Both the position numbers and the translations under genes were made by a program. 64,000 nucleotides of DNA. It comes from Promethearchaeia archaeon. Lineage in GTDB: Archaea > Asgardarchaeota > Lokiarchaeia > Sigyniarchaeales > SOKP01. The notes under the pieces are model-generated. The model had not been told where the DNA came from. It did no database searches and was given only the letters and a program-made list of their open reading frames with translations. Within the stretch, counting starts at the first letter, position 1, and each line of letters opens with the position of its first letter. The DNA is taken from assembly GCA_029856155.1 (NCBI GenBank), contig JAHQWL010000023.1:128001-192000 (forward strand), read 5' to 3'. This document shows, in pieces, positions 52,551-62,200 of the stretch.

Positions 52551-53975
52551 TTACTCTTCTTCCAAGTTATCTATTGCTAATATAGCAGATTCGCAAACAT
52601 AATCGCATTTATCATGAATTAAAATATTTAAATTCGAAATAATTTCTTCTGTATTTACTCCAATAATTCCTAAAGCTTCAGAAGATCTCCATCTAACATC
52701 TTGGTTCCCATCTTTCAGAGCTGTTAGTAATGAAGGAATTGCATTTTTAGCGGATGATCCTAATTTTCCTATAGAAAGTGCGGCTTCACGTCGTACAATA
52801 CTTCTGGGATCATTTAAAGCAAGTTCAAGAGTATGAAGAGCATCTTCTGATTCCCTTCCAATATTTCCTAATGCTCTTGCTGCTTCTACTCTAATCGAAG
52901 TTTTCTTTTTTAGTGGATCTTTTAAAAAATTCAAGATTGCTCTTTTCATCTTATTTATAAAAGAAGGAATAAATTCTACTTCCTGTTCGGGTATCTTTAA
53001 AAAATTAATAATAGTTGGAATAGCTTCTTCAGCTTCAGTACCAATTCCTCCCAAAGCAGAAAGAACAATAATTTTCATTTTTGTATTCAACTTTTCAAAT
53101 GCTGATATTAAATTTGGAACAGCGGGTTTACCAATATTTCTAAGTGCATCGGCTGCTTTTCCCCTAACATTTTCAACTTTATCCTGTAATAACTCTGAGA
53201 TGCTACCAATTATTTTTGGATCAGAAATCCTAAATTCTCCTAAAGCATCAACTGTTTCTTTTCTTACAATCTTATTTTTGCTTTTTAAGACTTCTAATAG
53301 ACTTGGAATTGCTGATTCTCCAATTTCAGCAAAAGTATTTATAACTCTATAACGTACTCTCCAATCTTGGTCTTCAAGAGCCTTTATTAAACTAGGAATT
53401 GCGTTTACAGATCCTTTTCCAATTAGACTAATTGATTGAGCCGAAGCAGTTCTTACTGTCCAACTTATGTCTTTAAGAGCTTTCATTAAATGGGGAATAG
53501 CTTCATAAGCATTCGATCCAATTTCTCCTAACGCGATTACTACTTCAGTTCTAACATCCTCATTCTCATCATCCAATGCTTTTATTAAAGAAGAAATTGA
53601 TTCAGGAGTAGTATTTCCAACTTTACCAAGGGCAATTGCTGCTTCTTTTCTGATAGTTACCTCTTTATCTTCTAATAGCATCGATAATTTTTGTACTGCT
53701 TCTTTTGCAATATTACCAATTTTTCCTAATGATCGAGCAGCTTCTCGACATATGCTCCAATCTTCATCTTCTAAGCAATCAACTATTTTTGGAACTGCAT
53801 TTATTGATTTTTGACCAATTTTTCCTAATACATGAATAGAATTAAATTTAATTGATCTAATATTGCTGTCTAGATATTTAATTACTTCATCTATTACGGA
53901 TTCATCTTTCTCGATTCTAGATAAAACAAGATCGATTCTAGCATCTCTTAATAATTTCTCTAAGGTTGCTGACAT
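52551..53975 (-). CDS. HEAT-repeat (PBS lyase-type) protein
   Basis: About 12 repeats of AIPxLxxALxDxxxxVRxxAAxALGxIG. Confidence 0.93.
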   Translation of the reverse strand: MSATLEKLLRDARIDLVLSRIEKDESVIDEVIKYLDSNIRSIKFNSIHVLGKIGQKSINAVPKIVDCLEDEDWSICREAARSLGKIGNIAKEAVQKLSMLLEDKEVTIRKEAAIALGKVGNTTPESISSLIKALDDENEDVRTEVVIALGEIGSNAYEAIPHLMKALKDISWTVRTASAQSISLIGKGSVNAIPSLIKALEDQDWRVRYRVINTFAEIGESAIPSLLEVLKSKNKIVRKETVDALGEFRISDPKIIGSISELLQDKVENVRGKAADALRNIGKPAVPNLISAFEKLNTKMKIIVLSALGGIGTEAEEAIPTIINFLKIPEQEVEFIPSFINKMKRAILNFLKDPLKKKTSIRVEAARALGNIGRESEDALHTLELALNDPRSIVRREAALSIGKLGSSAKNAIPSLLTALKDGNQDVRWRSSEALGIIGVNTEEIISNLNILIHDKCDYVCESAILAIDNLEEE

Positions 53976-53985
53976 TTATATCACC

Positions 53986-54699
53986 TTAAATTCCTAAATA
54001 TACTTGTTTAATTCGAGGTTCTTTTTCTAACTCTTCCTTAGTCCCTCTCATTTCAATTTTCCCCTCCTCAAGAACATGAATATATTCAGCGATATTCATC
54101 GCTAAAGCCGCATCTTGTTCAACTAATAAAGTAGTAGTGCCTTCTTGTTTTATTTTCTTAATTGCTTCAAATATAATTGTTTTTATTTTTGGAGCTAAAC
54201 CTAATGAAGGTTCATCCATTAAAAGAAGTTGAGGATTAGCCATAAGTGAACGCGCAATAGCAAGCATCTGTTGTTCACCACCACTTAAAGTTCCAGCTCG
54301 CTGATTTTTTCTTTCTCTAAGACGTGGAAAGATCTCAAAAACATTTTTCCTTAATTTTCGAAATTTACTACGATCTTTCAATACATAAGCCCCCATATCT
54401 AAATTTTCAGATACACTCATATCATAAAATAGTTTACGTCGTTCTGGGCAATGAGAGATCCCTTTTCTAGCAATCTTATGAGCTTTTAACCCATCAATTC
54501 TTTCACCACGGAATTCTATTTTTCCTCTATCAGGTTCTTCTAAACCAGATATTACTCTGAGGAGTGTAGACTTTCCAGCTCCATTGGGTCCAATAACTGC
54601 CTCAAGAGATTTCTCTTTTAAGCTCAAATTTATTTCTTCGAGAGCTCTTGCCTTTCCATAATAATGATATATTTTTTTTAAATCAAGCATATTCGTCAC
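53986..54699 (-). CDS. livF: Branched-chain-type ABC ATPase
   Basis: GPNGAGKS, LSGGEQQMLA, MDEPSLGLAP. Confidence 0.92.
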   Translation of the reverse strand: MTNMLDLKKIYHYYGKARALEEINLSLKEKSLEAVIGPNGAGKSTLLRVISGLEEPDRGKIEFRGERIDGLKAHKIARKGISHCPERRKLFYDMSVSENLDMGAYVLKDRSKFRKLRKNVFEIFPRLRERKNQRAGTLSGGEQQMLAIARSLMANPQLLLMDEPSLGLAPKIKTIIFEAIKKIKQEGTTTLLVEQDAALAMNIAEYIHVLEEGKIEMRGTKEELEKEPRIKQVYLGI

Positions 54700-55423
54700 C
54701 TTTTCCTAAATAAGCTTCAAGTAAAATTTTATTATTAGCAATCTCTTTTGGAGGACCATCAGCAATAAATTTACCTTGATGCATAGCAATTACTCGTGGT
54801 ACTAATGTCATAAGTTCACGAAGTACATGACCAGTCATAAAAACAGTAACCCCATCATCATGTAATTTTTTAATTAATTCAGTTAGTACTGCACTTTCTT
54901 CATGAGTAAGTCCGCTAAATGGTTCATCTAATAAAAGCAATTCTGGGTTAGTCCCAAGAGCTTTACCAATTTGTAATTTTCTTAAATCACCATGAGGTAA
55001 AATGATTGGCGGCATTCTAGCTTTATCAACAAGACCTACTGAAGCAAGAATTGAACTTGCATATTCTTCAGCACCTACTTTTTTTGAAACTTCTTTTCCT
55101 CTTTTTGATAAGCAGGGCACTATTACATTATCAAGTAAGGTTAAGAATTTAAACGATCTCACCAATTGAAAAGTTCGAGCAATTCCATAATTCACTATTT
55201 TATACGGTCTCATTCCTGTTATATCAATTCCATCGAATCTAATTTTTCCAGAACTAGGTTTCTCAAATCCACTAATTAAATTAAACACTGTCGTCTTACC
55301 AGCTCCGTTTGGACCAATTAGACCCACAAATTCTCCTCGTTTAACCTCAAAACTAAAATCATTTACAGCAGTTAATCCACCAAACTTTTTTGTAAGGTTT
55401 TTCACTTCTAAAATAACTCCCAT
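54683..55423 (-). CDS. livG: Branched-chain-type ABC ATPase
   Basis: FGGLTAV, GPNGAGKTT, ARTFQ, LLLDEP. Confidence 0.92.
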   Translation of the reverse strand: MGVILEVKNLTKKFGGLTAVNDFSFEVKRGEFVGLIGPNGAGKTTVFNLISGFEKPSSGKIRFDGIDITGMRPYKIVNYGIARTFQLVRSFKFLTLLDNVIVPCLSKRGKEVSKKVGAEEYASSILASVGLVDKARMPPIILPHGDLRKLQIGKALGTNPELLLLDEPFSGLTHEESAVLTELIKKLHDDGVTVFMTGHVLRELMTLVPRVIAMHQGKFIADGPPKEIANNKILLEAYLGKGDEYA

Positions 55424-55464
55424 TTTTTAACTCCTTAAAAGTAAAATTTTTTTTATAATTTTTT

Positions 55465-56520
55465 TTATCGTCCTAATAATACATCCCAAAAATCTTTTAA
55501 ATGTTCTATTATTGGCCTTAAAATTCCCTGCTCCGAAAATCGAACAACTAATATTAAAATTATCGCGAAAGTCAAATGTACATAAAGACCAGCACCAACT
55601 TCAATAAGAATATATTCAAGAAAAATAAAGAAAAATGCTCCCAAAGCTGATCCTGCTATAGTTGTTAATCCCCCTAATGATGCCATTAATATAGCAAAAA
55701 AAGAAATAGCCGTTCCAAAATTACCAACGGGATTTACAGAAGTATTATAAAATGCATAGAAACAACCTGCTATTCCAGCAAATAAGGAACTAACCATAAA
55801 GGCATACACTTTGTATCTCGTTGTATTTATTCCTGATGCATCTGCTCCCACCTCATCATCGCGAATTGATTTTAAAATAGTCCCAAATTTCGATTTAACA
55901 ATCTGAAATATTATTATAAAGCATATTATCAAAGTAATAAAAACAATAAAAAATTCTATTACAGGATTGTTGGATAGTCTCGTTAGAGGATAAGGTCCAG
56001 TATTATAAGATATTCCTTCAGAACCAAAAAGAATATCTGAGAGTGACCCTAATAGAAATAATTTTAATAGGATTAAACTAAAAGCAAGAGTGCCTAATGC
56101 TAAATATGGCCCCCTTAATCTTAAACAGGGGATACCAATTATTAAACCAAAGCCTACTGCACCCAAAGCTCCAGTAGGAATTGCAAGCCATATTGGAAAA
56201 CCTTGAAAAGCTATAAGATAAGCACAAAGATAACCTCCTATTCCAAAAAAAATGGCATGACCAAAACTAATTTGTCCCGAAATACCAGTAAGAAAATCCC
56301 AACTTGCCGCAAAAATTGAAAAAATCATAGCGAGTGTAAAATGACGTAAGAAATACTTTATAAAACTCTCATTTTGAGAAAGAAAAGGAAATAATGTAAG
56401 TATTATTAATAAAAATATTGTTAATGAACCACTAAAAGTTTTTGCCCATGATTTTAAATAAGTCGGTATATTTCTTATTTTTTCTTTTACCAATCCTTTT
56501 TTCATTTTTAACTTCCTCAC
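55465..56520 (-). CDS. livM: Branched-chain-type ABC permease
   Basis: GQISFGH, LRLRGPYLALGTL, SIRDDE..A.ASGINT. Confidence 0.9.
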   Translation of the reverse strand: MRKLKMKKGLVKEKIRNIPTYLKSWAKTFSGSLTIFLLIILTLFPFLSQNESFIKYFLRHFTLAMIFSIFAASWDFLTGISGQISFGHAIFFGIGGYLCAYLIAFQGFPIWLAIPTGALGAVGFGLIIGIPCLRLRGPYLALGTLAFSLILLKLFLLGSLSDILFGSEGISYNTGPYPLTRLSNNPVIEFFIVFITLIICFIIIFQIVKSKFGTILKSIRDDEVGADASGINTTRYKVYAFMVSSLFAGIAGCFYAFYNTSVNPVGNFGTAISFFAILMASLGGLTTIAGSALGAFFFIFLEYILIEVGAGLYVHLTFAIILILVVRFSEQGILRPIIEHLKDFWDVLLGR

Positions 56521-56544
56521 TATTTATAATCTTAAATTTAAAAA

Positions 56545-57426
56545 TTACTTTAATTCCTTCTTTCCAAATAATCCTTGGGGTCTTATTATAAGTACTAAAA
56601 GAATAACTATGATTGGAACTATATGAGCCCAAGCTGGACCATTAGGGATAAAAAGATTGGTAAAAGTAGTTATATACCCCACAATATAAGCTCCTACAAT
56701 ACTTCCAACAAGACTTCCCATCCCTCCTAAAATTACTACAGCAAATGAACTTGTTAAATATTCCCAGCCCATAGCAGGACCAGTAAGAGCTGCGCCGGGT
56801 AAATATAGGGTTGCTGCTATAGCTGCAAGGAATGCAGATATCATAACAGTATAGAAGAGAACTCTATCGGCATTAATACCCATTAAGGTTGCTGCCTCGC
56901 TATCCTGTGAAACTGCACGAATAGATTTACCTAATTTTGATTTATTAATAAATAAAGCGAATAATGAAACTATAATTAATGAAATAATTATAAAAAAAAG
57001 GTATTGATTCAACATGCTATATCCTAAGAAGTCCGTAGTGCCCTCAACCACAACATAACCACTAAGTGTTGCAGACGTTGTTCCCGAGATTATTGAAACA
57101 CATTGCTCGATTCCGAATGCTAACGCAAAAGTAATTAATACAACACCTACAGCTGAATCTTTTACAGGTTTGATGAGTAATATATATGTAAGACCGCCTA
57201 TTATAGTAATAACTACCACTGCAATGATTATATTTATCAATACTTGGCCAGGAAAAAAACCATATACCCATAAAAGTAAATATCCCGTTAACATGAAATA
57301 TGCTCCATGCGCTAAATTCATTATATGACCAACTCCATACACTAAAGAGTACCCTAGAGCAATTAGAGAAAGGTAAGCACCATTTAAAGTACCATTAAAT
57401 AACATGCTAATAATTTCTTGATACAT
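56545..57426 (-). CDS. livH: Branched-chain-type ABC permease
   Basis: ALGYSLVYGV..IMNLAHG, GKSIRAVSQD, RPQGLFG. Confidence 0.92.
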   Translation of the reverse strand: MYQEIISMLFNGTLNGAYLSLIALGYSLVYGVGHIMNLAHGAYFMLTGYLLLWVYGFFPGQVLINIIIAVVVITIIGGLTYILLIKPVKDSAVGVVLITFALAFGIEQCVSIISGTTSATLSGYVVVEGTTDFLGYSMLNQYLFFIIISLIIVSLFALFINKSKLGKSIRAVSQDSEAATLMGINADRVLFYTVMISAFLAAIAATLYLPGAALTGPAMGWEYLTSSFAVVILGGMGSLVGSIVGAYIVGYITTFTNLFIPNGPAWAHIVPIIVILLVLIIRPQGLFGKKELK

Positions 57427-57648
57427 AATTACAAAAAAGAAAAATTGATTATTATTAAATTAATTATTATTATTTTTATCTCATTTCTTATAAAACTGAT
57501 CATTTTCATCCTAACTTACAATTTTATCAAAAAAAAAATATAATATTCAAGATTAAAGCTATTTTTTGATAAATTATATAAAAAGTTGATAATAATAAAA
57601 AAAAATTTTTTAATATTTAAATTTGCTTTAATTCGACTACCATTTCTA

Positions 57649-59088
57649 TTACGACCATGCAGTATGAACCCACGGAGCAATTTCATAAGCACCAGTTGCC
57701 ATCCAATCTGGATAAAGAGGACGTATCGGCATGGCTCCATAAGGAACAACATATGCATATCTTGGTGCTGGGATTACTACTTTATCACCATTAGCTCGCC
57801 ACTGAACCCATAAGGTATGTCCATAAGGATAACCCTCAACTAGGTCATGAGTCTTTGGCCACCAAGCACCGCCTCCACCAACACCAGCATTGGTATTTCC
57901 TTTAGTCCAGGTTTCCATTTCTGGTATCATAAAATTGGGGTTAAATGATTGAGTTGCATTCATTGCATCAACAAGTGCAAATACGGCGTCGTAAGCTCCA
58001 ACTGCAATATAAAGTGGTTCATGTCCATCATGATCTGCTAACCACGCATCCCAAAACGCAATAGAACTTTCGGTTTTATTAGTCCTATGCAAGGTTTGCA
58101 TCATTGCCTCGTATGCACAACTCTCACCACTATCTTCGTAAAATGTATCTAACTGCGATTGAACATCAATACCAAATATCTGATATGTATAATTATATTG
58201 AGAGTATTGTTGCATCATTAAAATTCCACCTTGTGCTGAAATGACAGGAATTAAAAAGTCACATCCATCATCTTCTAGTTCTGATAAGTATCCGTTCATA
58301 TCTGTGGCACTAAGTGATATATCATATAAGATTGGTGATAGTAATTGTACCCAGCCACCTGTAAGAGCTGGCAAATTACCCAATGCAGCTACTAAACTTT
58401 CAGTCCAAGTTAAATCTTCTGCAAGAATGCCAACCTGTTTAATGTCATGATTTGGATAGGTTGCATTCAATAACATGATATAACCAGCTAATGTAGTTAA
58501 TATTTCGCCCCCTAATGAAGTTGAGTTAATAGGCATAAATCTGAAAAAATATTTATATCTTGTATAAAAATTTTTCACGTTTGTACAGAATATATCTGTT
58601 GCAGCACCAGTATCAATAAAGATAATTTTATTATCCATGAAAACTTCTTGATATGCTAATAATGCTTCTGATCTAAAGCCACCAAGTGCAAATTGAACTT
58701 TTTTATTGTATACAAGTCTTTCTGCCGCAGCAATTCCTCTTGAAGTCACAAGAGCTGTGTTAGATTCATCTGTATCTTCCTTGGTAACTCCTAGATAATA
58801 TGTTGTTCCATTAACAACCAAACCACCCGCTTCATTTATGGTTTTAGCTGCATACCAAGCTCCGTCATAATTTGCATCTCCTTGAATCTCACCAATATCA
58901 CCAGCGCACCCAATTTTAATTATTTGATCAGATGTTAAACCTGCTGGAGCACCAGGACAATCCTTAGAACTCCATGAATATTCACCGGCACCCGGGGCTA
59001 AAAGGAAATACCAAGCCCCAACGCCGACACCTACACCTATAACAGCTATGATAACAATTGCTAATATTCTTTTTGTTAAAGCTTCCAT
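57649..59088 (-). CDS. LivK-type substrate-binding protein with N-terminal membrane anchor
   Basis: IKIG, INEAGG, GGFRSE, YKYFFR, AYDAV; N-terminal hydrophobic helix; heads the liv cluster. Confidence 0.88.
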   Translation of the reverse strand: MEALTKRILAIVIIAVIGVGVGVGAWYFLLAPGAGEYSWSSKDCPGAPAGLTSDQIIKIGCAGDIGEIQGDANYDGAWYAAKTINEAGGLVVNGTTYYLGVTKEDTDESNTALVTSRGIAAAERLVYNKKVQFALGGFRSEALLAYQEVFMDNKIIFIDTGAATDIFCTNVKNFYTRYKYFFRFMPINSTSLGGEILTTLAGYIMLLNATYPNHDIKQVGILAEDLTWTESLVAALGNLPALTGGWVQLLSPILYDISLSATDMNGYLSELEDDGCDFLIPVISAQGGILMMQQYSQYNYTYQIFGIDVQSQLDTFYEDSGESCAYEAMMQTLHRTNKTESSIAFWDAWLADHDGHEPLYIAVGAYDAVFALVDAMNATQSFNPNFMIPEMETWTKGNTNAGVGGGGAWWPKTHDLVEGYPYGHTLWVQWRANGDKVVIPAPRYAYVVPYGAMPIRPLYPDWMATGAYEIAPWVHTAWS

Positions 59089-59297
59089 ATTTTAGTTCAC
59101 ATCTATTTTTAATTTATTTTTTTTTTTTTAATTTATTATGTATGTTTATTTTTAGATTTACAAATAATAGTTCATTTTAACATGTATTTAAAGTTTTCAA
59201 CTTTTTATATGAAAAATAAGCATATATCTGTTAAAATTAGTAAAAACTATCTAAAAAAATGATCTAGATGGTATACAATAGGTAATCAATTAAGCAT

Positions 59298-62200
59298 TCA
59301 TAGAAATTGGATAGCAACAATAATTCCAAATAAAATTAGTAGTGAAATCAATATTATCAATGTATAGAACCTCCACTTAATTGAAATACTCTCATTTTTC
59401 TCCTTGAAAATGATATAAGGCAATAAAATTGCTCCCAAAATCCAAATTGATATCCAAGTAGTGAATACATACCATTCAGCGGGGATAAAGGTAAACATAA
59501 TTATAATAGTACTGCCCCAACTGATAACTAAGCGAACCATTCTACGTCTAAACATGATGTTAACATCTTCAGTTTTTTCAGAAGGTTTAAGAGAATATAT
59601 TATACCAAAAATAGGAAATATTAAAATAATAGAATGGTAAGGATTTAATAAACCAAGAATGGAGTCAGAAAATATGATTCCAATGAATACTGCTAAACAT
59701 GCACTAATAAGAATCCATATATATTTAAATTGTTTCTTGAAGAAAACGAAAATTCTAATAAACATATTCTTAATTAAAATTCTGAGATGTGTAAAGAATC
59801 TCGTTAAAGCTTCAATGATTTTATTAATAAGCGCTCTTAGTTCTTCTAAAAGGAAAATAAAGGGATAAATTAAAACTGTAAAAGCAAAAAATATTCCTGT
59901 AATGATAAAAGATAATGATATATGGTATATAATTGAACTTAAGAGCAAAAAGATTACAATCCAAAAAATTAAAGCTCCAGCTGAGTGTCCTTTGAATGGT
60001 TTTATTTTTATCCCTAAGAATATTACAAAAACTAAAGAAGAGACACTTAAATTTAGGAAAATATCAAGCACCAATATAAATTGGAACATAAAAAACAAAT
60101 CAATTGATATTAAACCTCCAATTATGAGAAATGAGTAAGATCTCAAGGATTTTCGGAAATCTTCCTTTAAAACAGTATCAATTAAAGATAAGAAAAACAT
60201 AATGAAAAAAGAAGCTAACGCTAAATTAAGAACGTAAAATGGATTTAAAGAAGCAAAATATAAAGGCCAAGTTATAAAATTAAGATATGTTGATATAATT
60301 AAATAAAATTTAATTCTTTCTTTATTGGAAGCAACTAATTTCCAAGATACCGATAATTTGAAAAGATAAGCAAATTCAAGGATAAGGATAAAAATAATGA
60401 ATGGAATCACAGTAGGAGAGAAAGTTAAATAAAAGGTACTATAAAGCCACGTTAAATATACTGATGTGAAAATCATAATTAAGAACCATGAAAACACTTT
60501 AATGGAGTTAGTAAATTTCCCGATAAATTTCAACAAATAGCTATCTATTAGCATTAATACATGTATAACTAAGGAAGAAATAGTTAAATTCAAAAAAATA
60601 TTGAAATTCGGAATAGAATTCAGCAATAAGAAAGAATCAATAGACAATAATCCTCCAATTATTAGAATCGAAAATGATCTTAATGATTTTCTGAAATCTT
60701 CTTTTAAAATATTATCAATTAAGGTTATCAAAAACATAATGAAAAAAGACGCGAGTGTTAAGTTAAGGGTGTGTAATAGATTTAAAGAAGCAAAATATAA
60801 AGGCCAAGTTATAAAATTGAGATATGATATTAATATCAGTAAAAACCTTATCTTCTCTTTATTGGAAGCAACAAAACTCCAAAAAGCTAATAATTTCGTA
60901 AGATAAGCAAACTCAAGTATTAGGATAATAACGATGATGGGAATAACTGTATAAAAGAAGGCGACAAAATAGGTACTATACAGCCATATTAAATAGGTTG
61001 ATGTAAATGTCATAATAGAGACCCAAGAGATTACTTGAATATAATTAACGATTTTTCCTAAAAATTTAAATAGAAATTTATCTACTATCATTAATCCATG
61101 GATTACAAGACTTAAAATCAAAAGAATCAATAGTATTTCGACTCTCTGGAATATTAAAATTTGAGCTAAGAATATACATATTGTAGAGTAGAACCCTGTT
61201 CCAATTAATTGTTGAATAGCCTTTTGATCTTTTTTAAGAGTAACTTGACCTTTTGGGTATAAATTCTCTAATGACTTAAAGAGAGAATAATTGGTATAAA
61301 ATTGCATTATTATAAAAATAAAAATTCCTAACCCAAGAAAGAATGGATATTGAGAGATATAGTCATATAAGATTAGAAATGTCATCACTGAAATTGTTAA
61401 AAAGGTGATCGTATGAATTAAACGAGCATAGCCCTCTTTTATCTTTTTAATTGAATAAATATCCAGTGATGTAAAAATCAATAATACAGAAAGAGATACT
61501 ATAATACTTTCATAAATTCCTATTACTCCGCTTAATAAACCATAAATCATAATGCTTATTTCACAATAAAATATCAAAAACAAAATTGAATGCATTTTTA
61601 GCAGAAAATTTGGATATTTCTGCTCAGCTAATATAAAATTGAAATAATAAACGGATATGAATGAAAGGCATACCTCTATAAAAATGATTAAATTAACTGA
61701 GAAAAAGTTTAAAATACCATATAATATGAAGATGTATATTAAATTAATTGCTAACAATCCCTGGAATATAATGAAAAGAGAAAATTCGATTCTATTTTTT
61801 ATATCTTTTTCAATTCTAACGAAGGAAACGCTTAAAAGATATAAAATAAATGATGAGTTTTGGAATAACAACGAATAGTAGGCAAATCCTATTAACTCTT
61901 CGAAGATTAGTATCAATCCATTAGAGATTAAGGATGCTAGATAAAAAGAACTCCAAATAAATGAATTATAAATGAGTATTAAACGACCTTTGGTAATCAT
62001 TTGTTTAGAAATATCTAAGTAAGATAAGAAATAAAGAGAAATAAGTCCTAAAAGTGAGATTGTTAAAACTAACAGGAAAAAGTTTGAATGATATAAATAG
62101 AGGAATAAAGACAAAATATTACTAAAAACAATCCATGACCATAAAGTAAATTTATTCCGGGATGACGTTAATAATAAAAGTAAGAACTTCCGATCAATAA

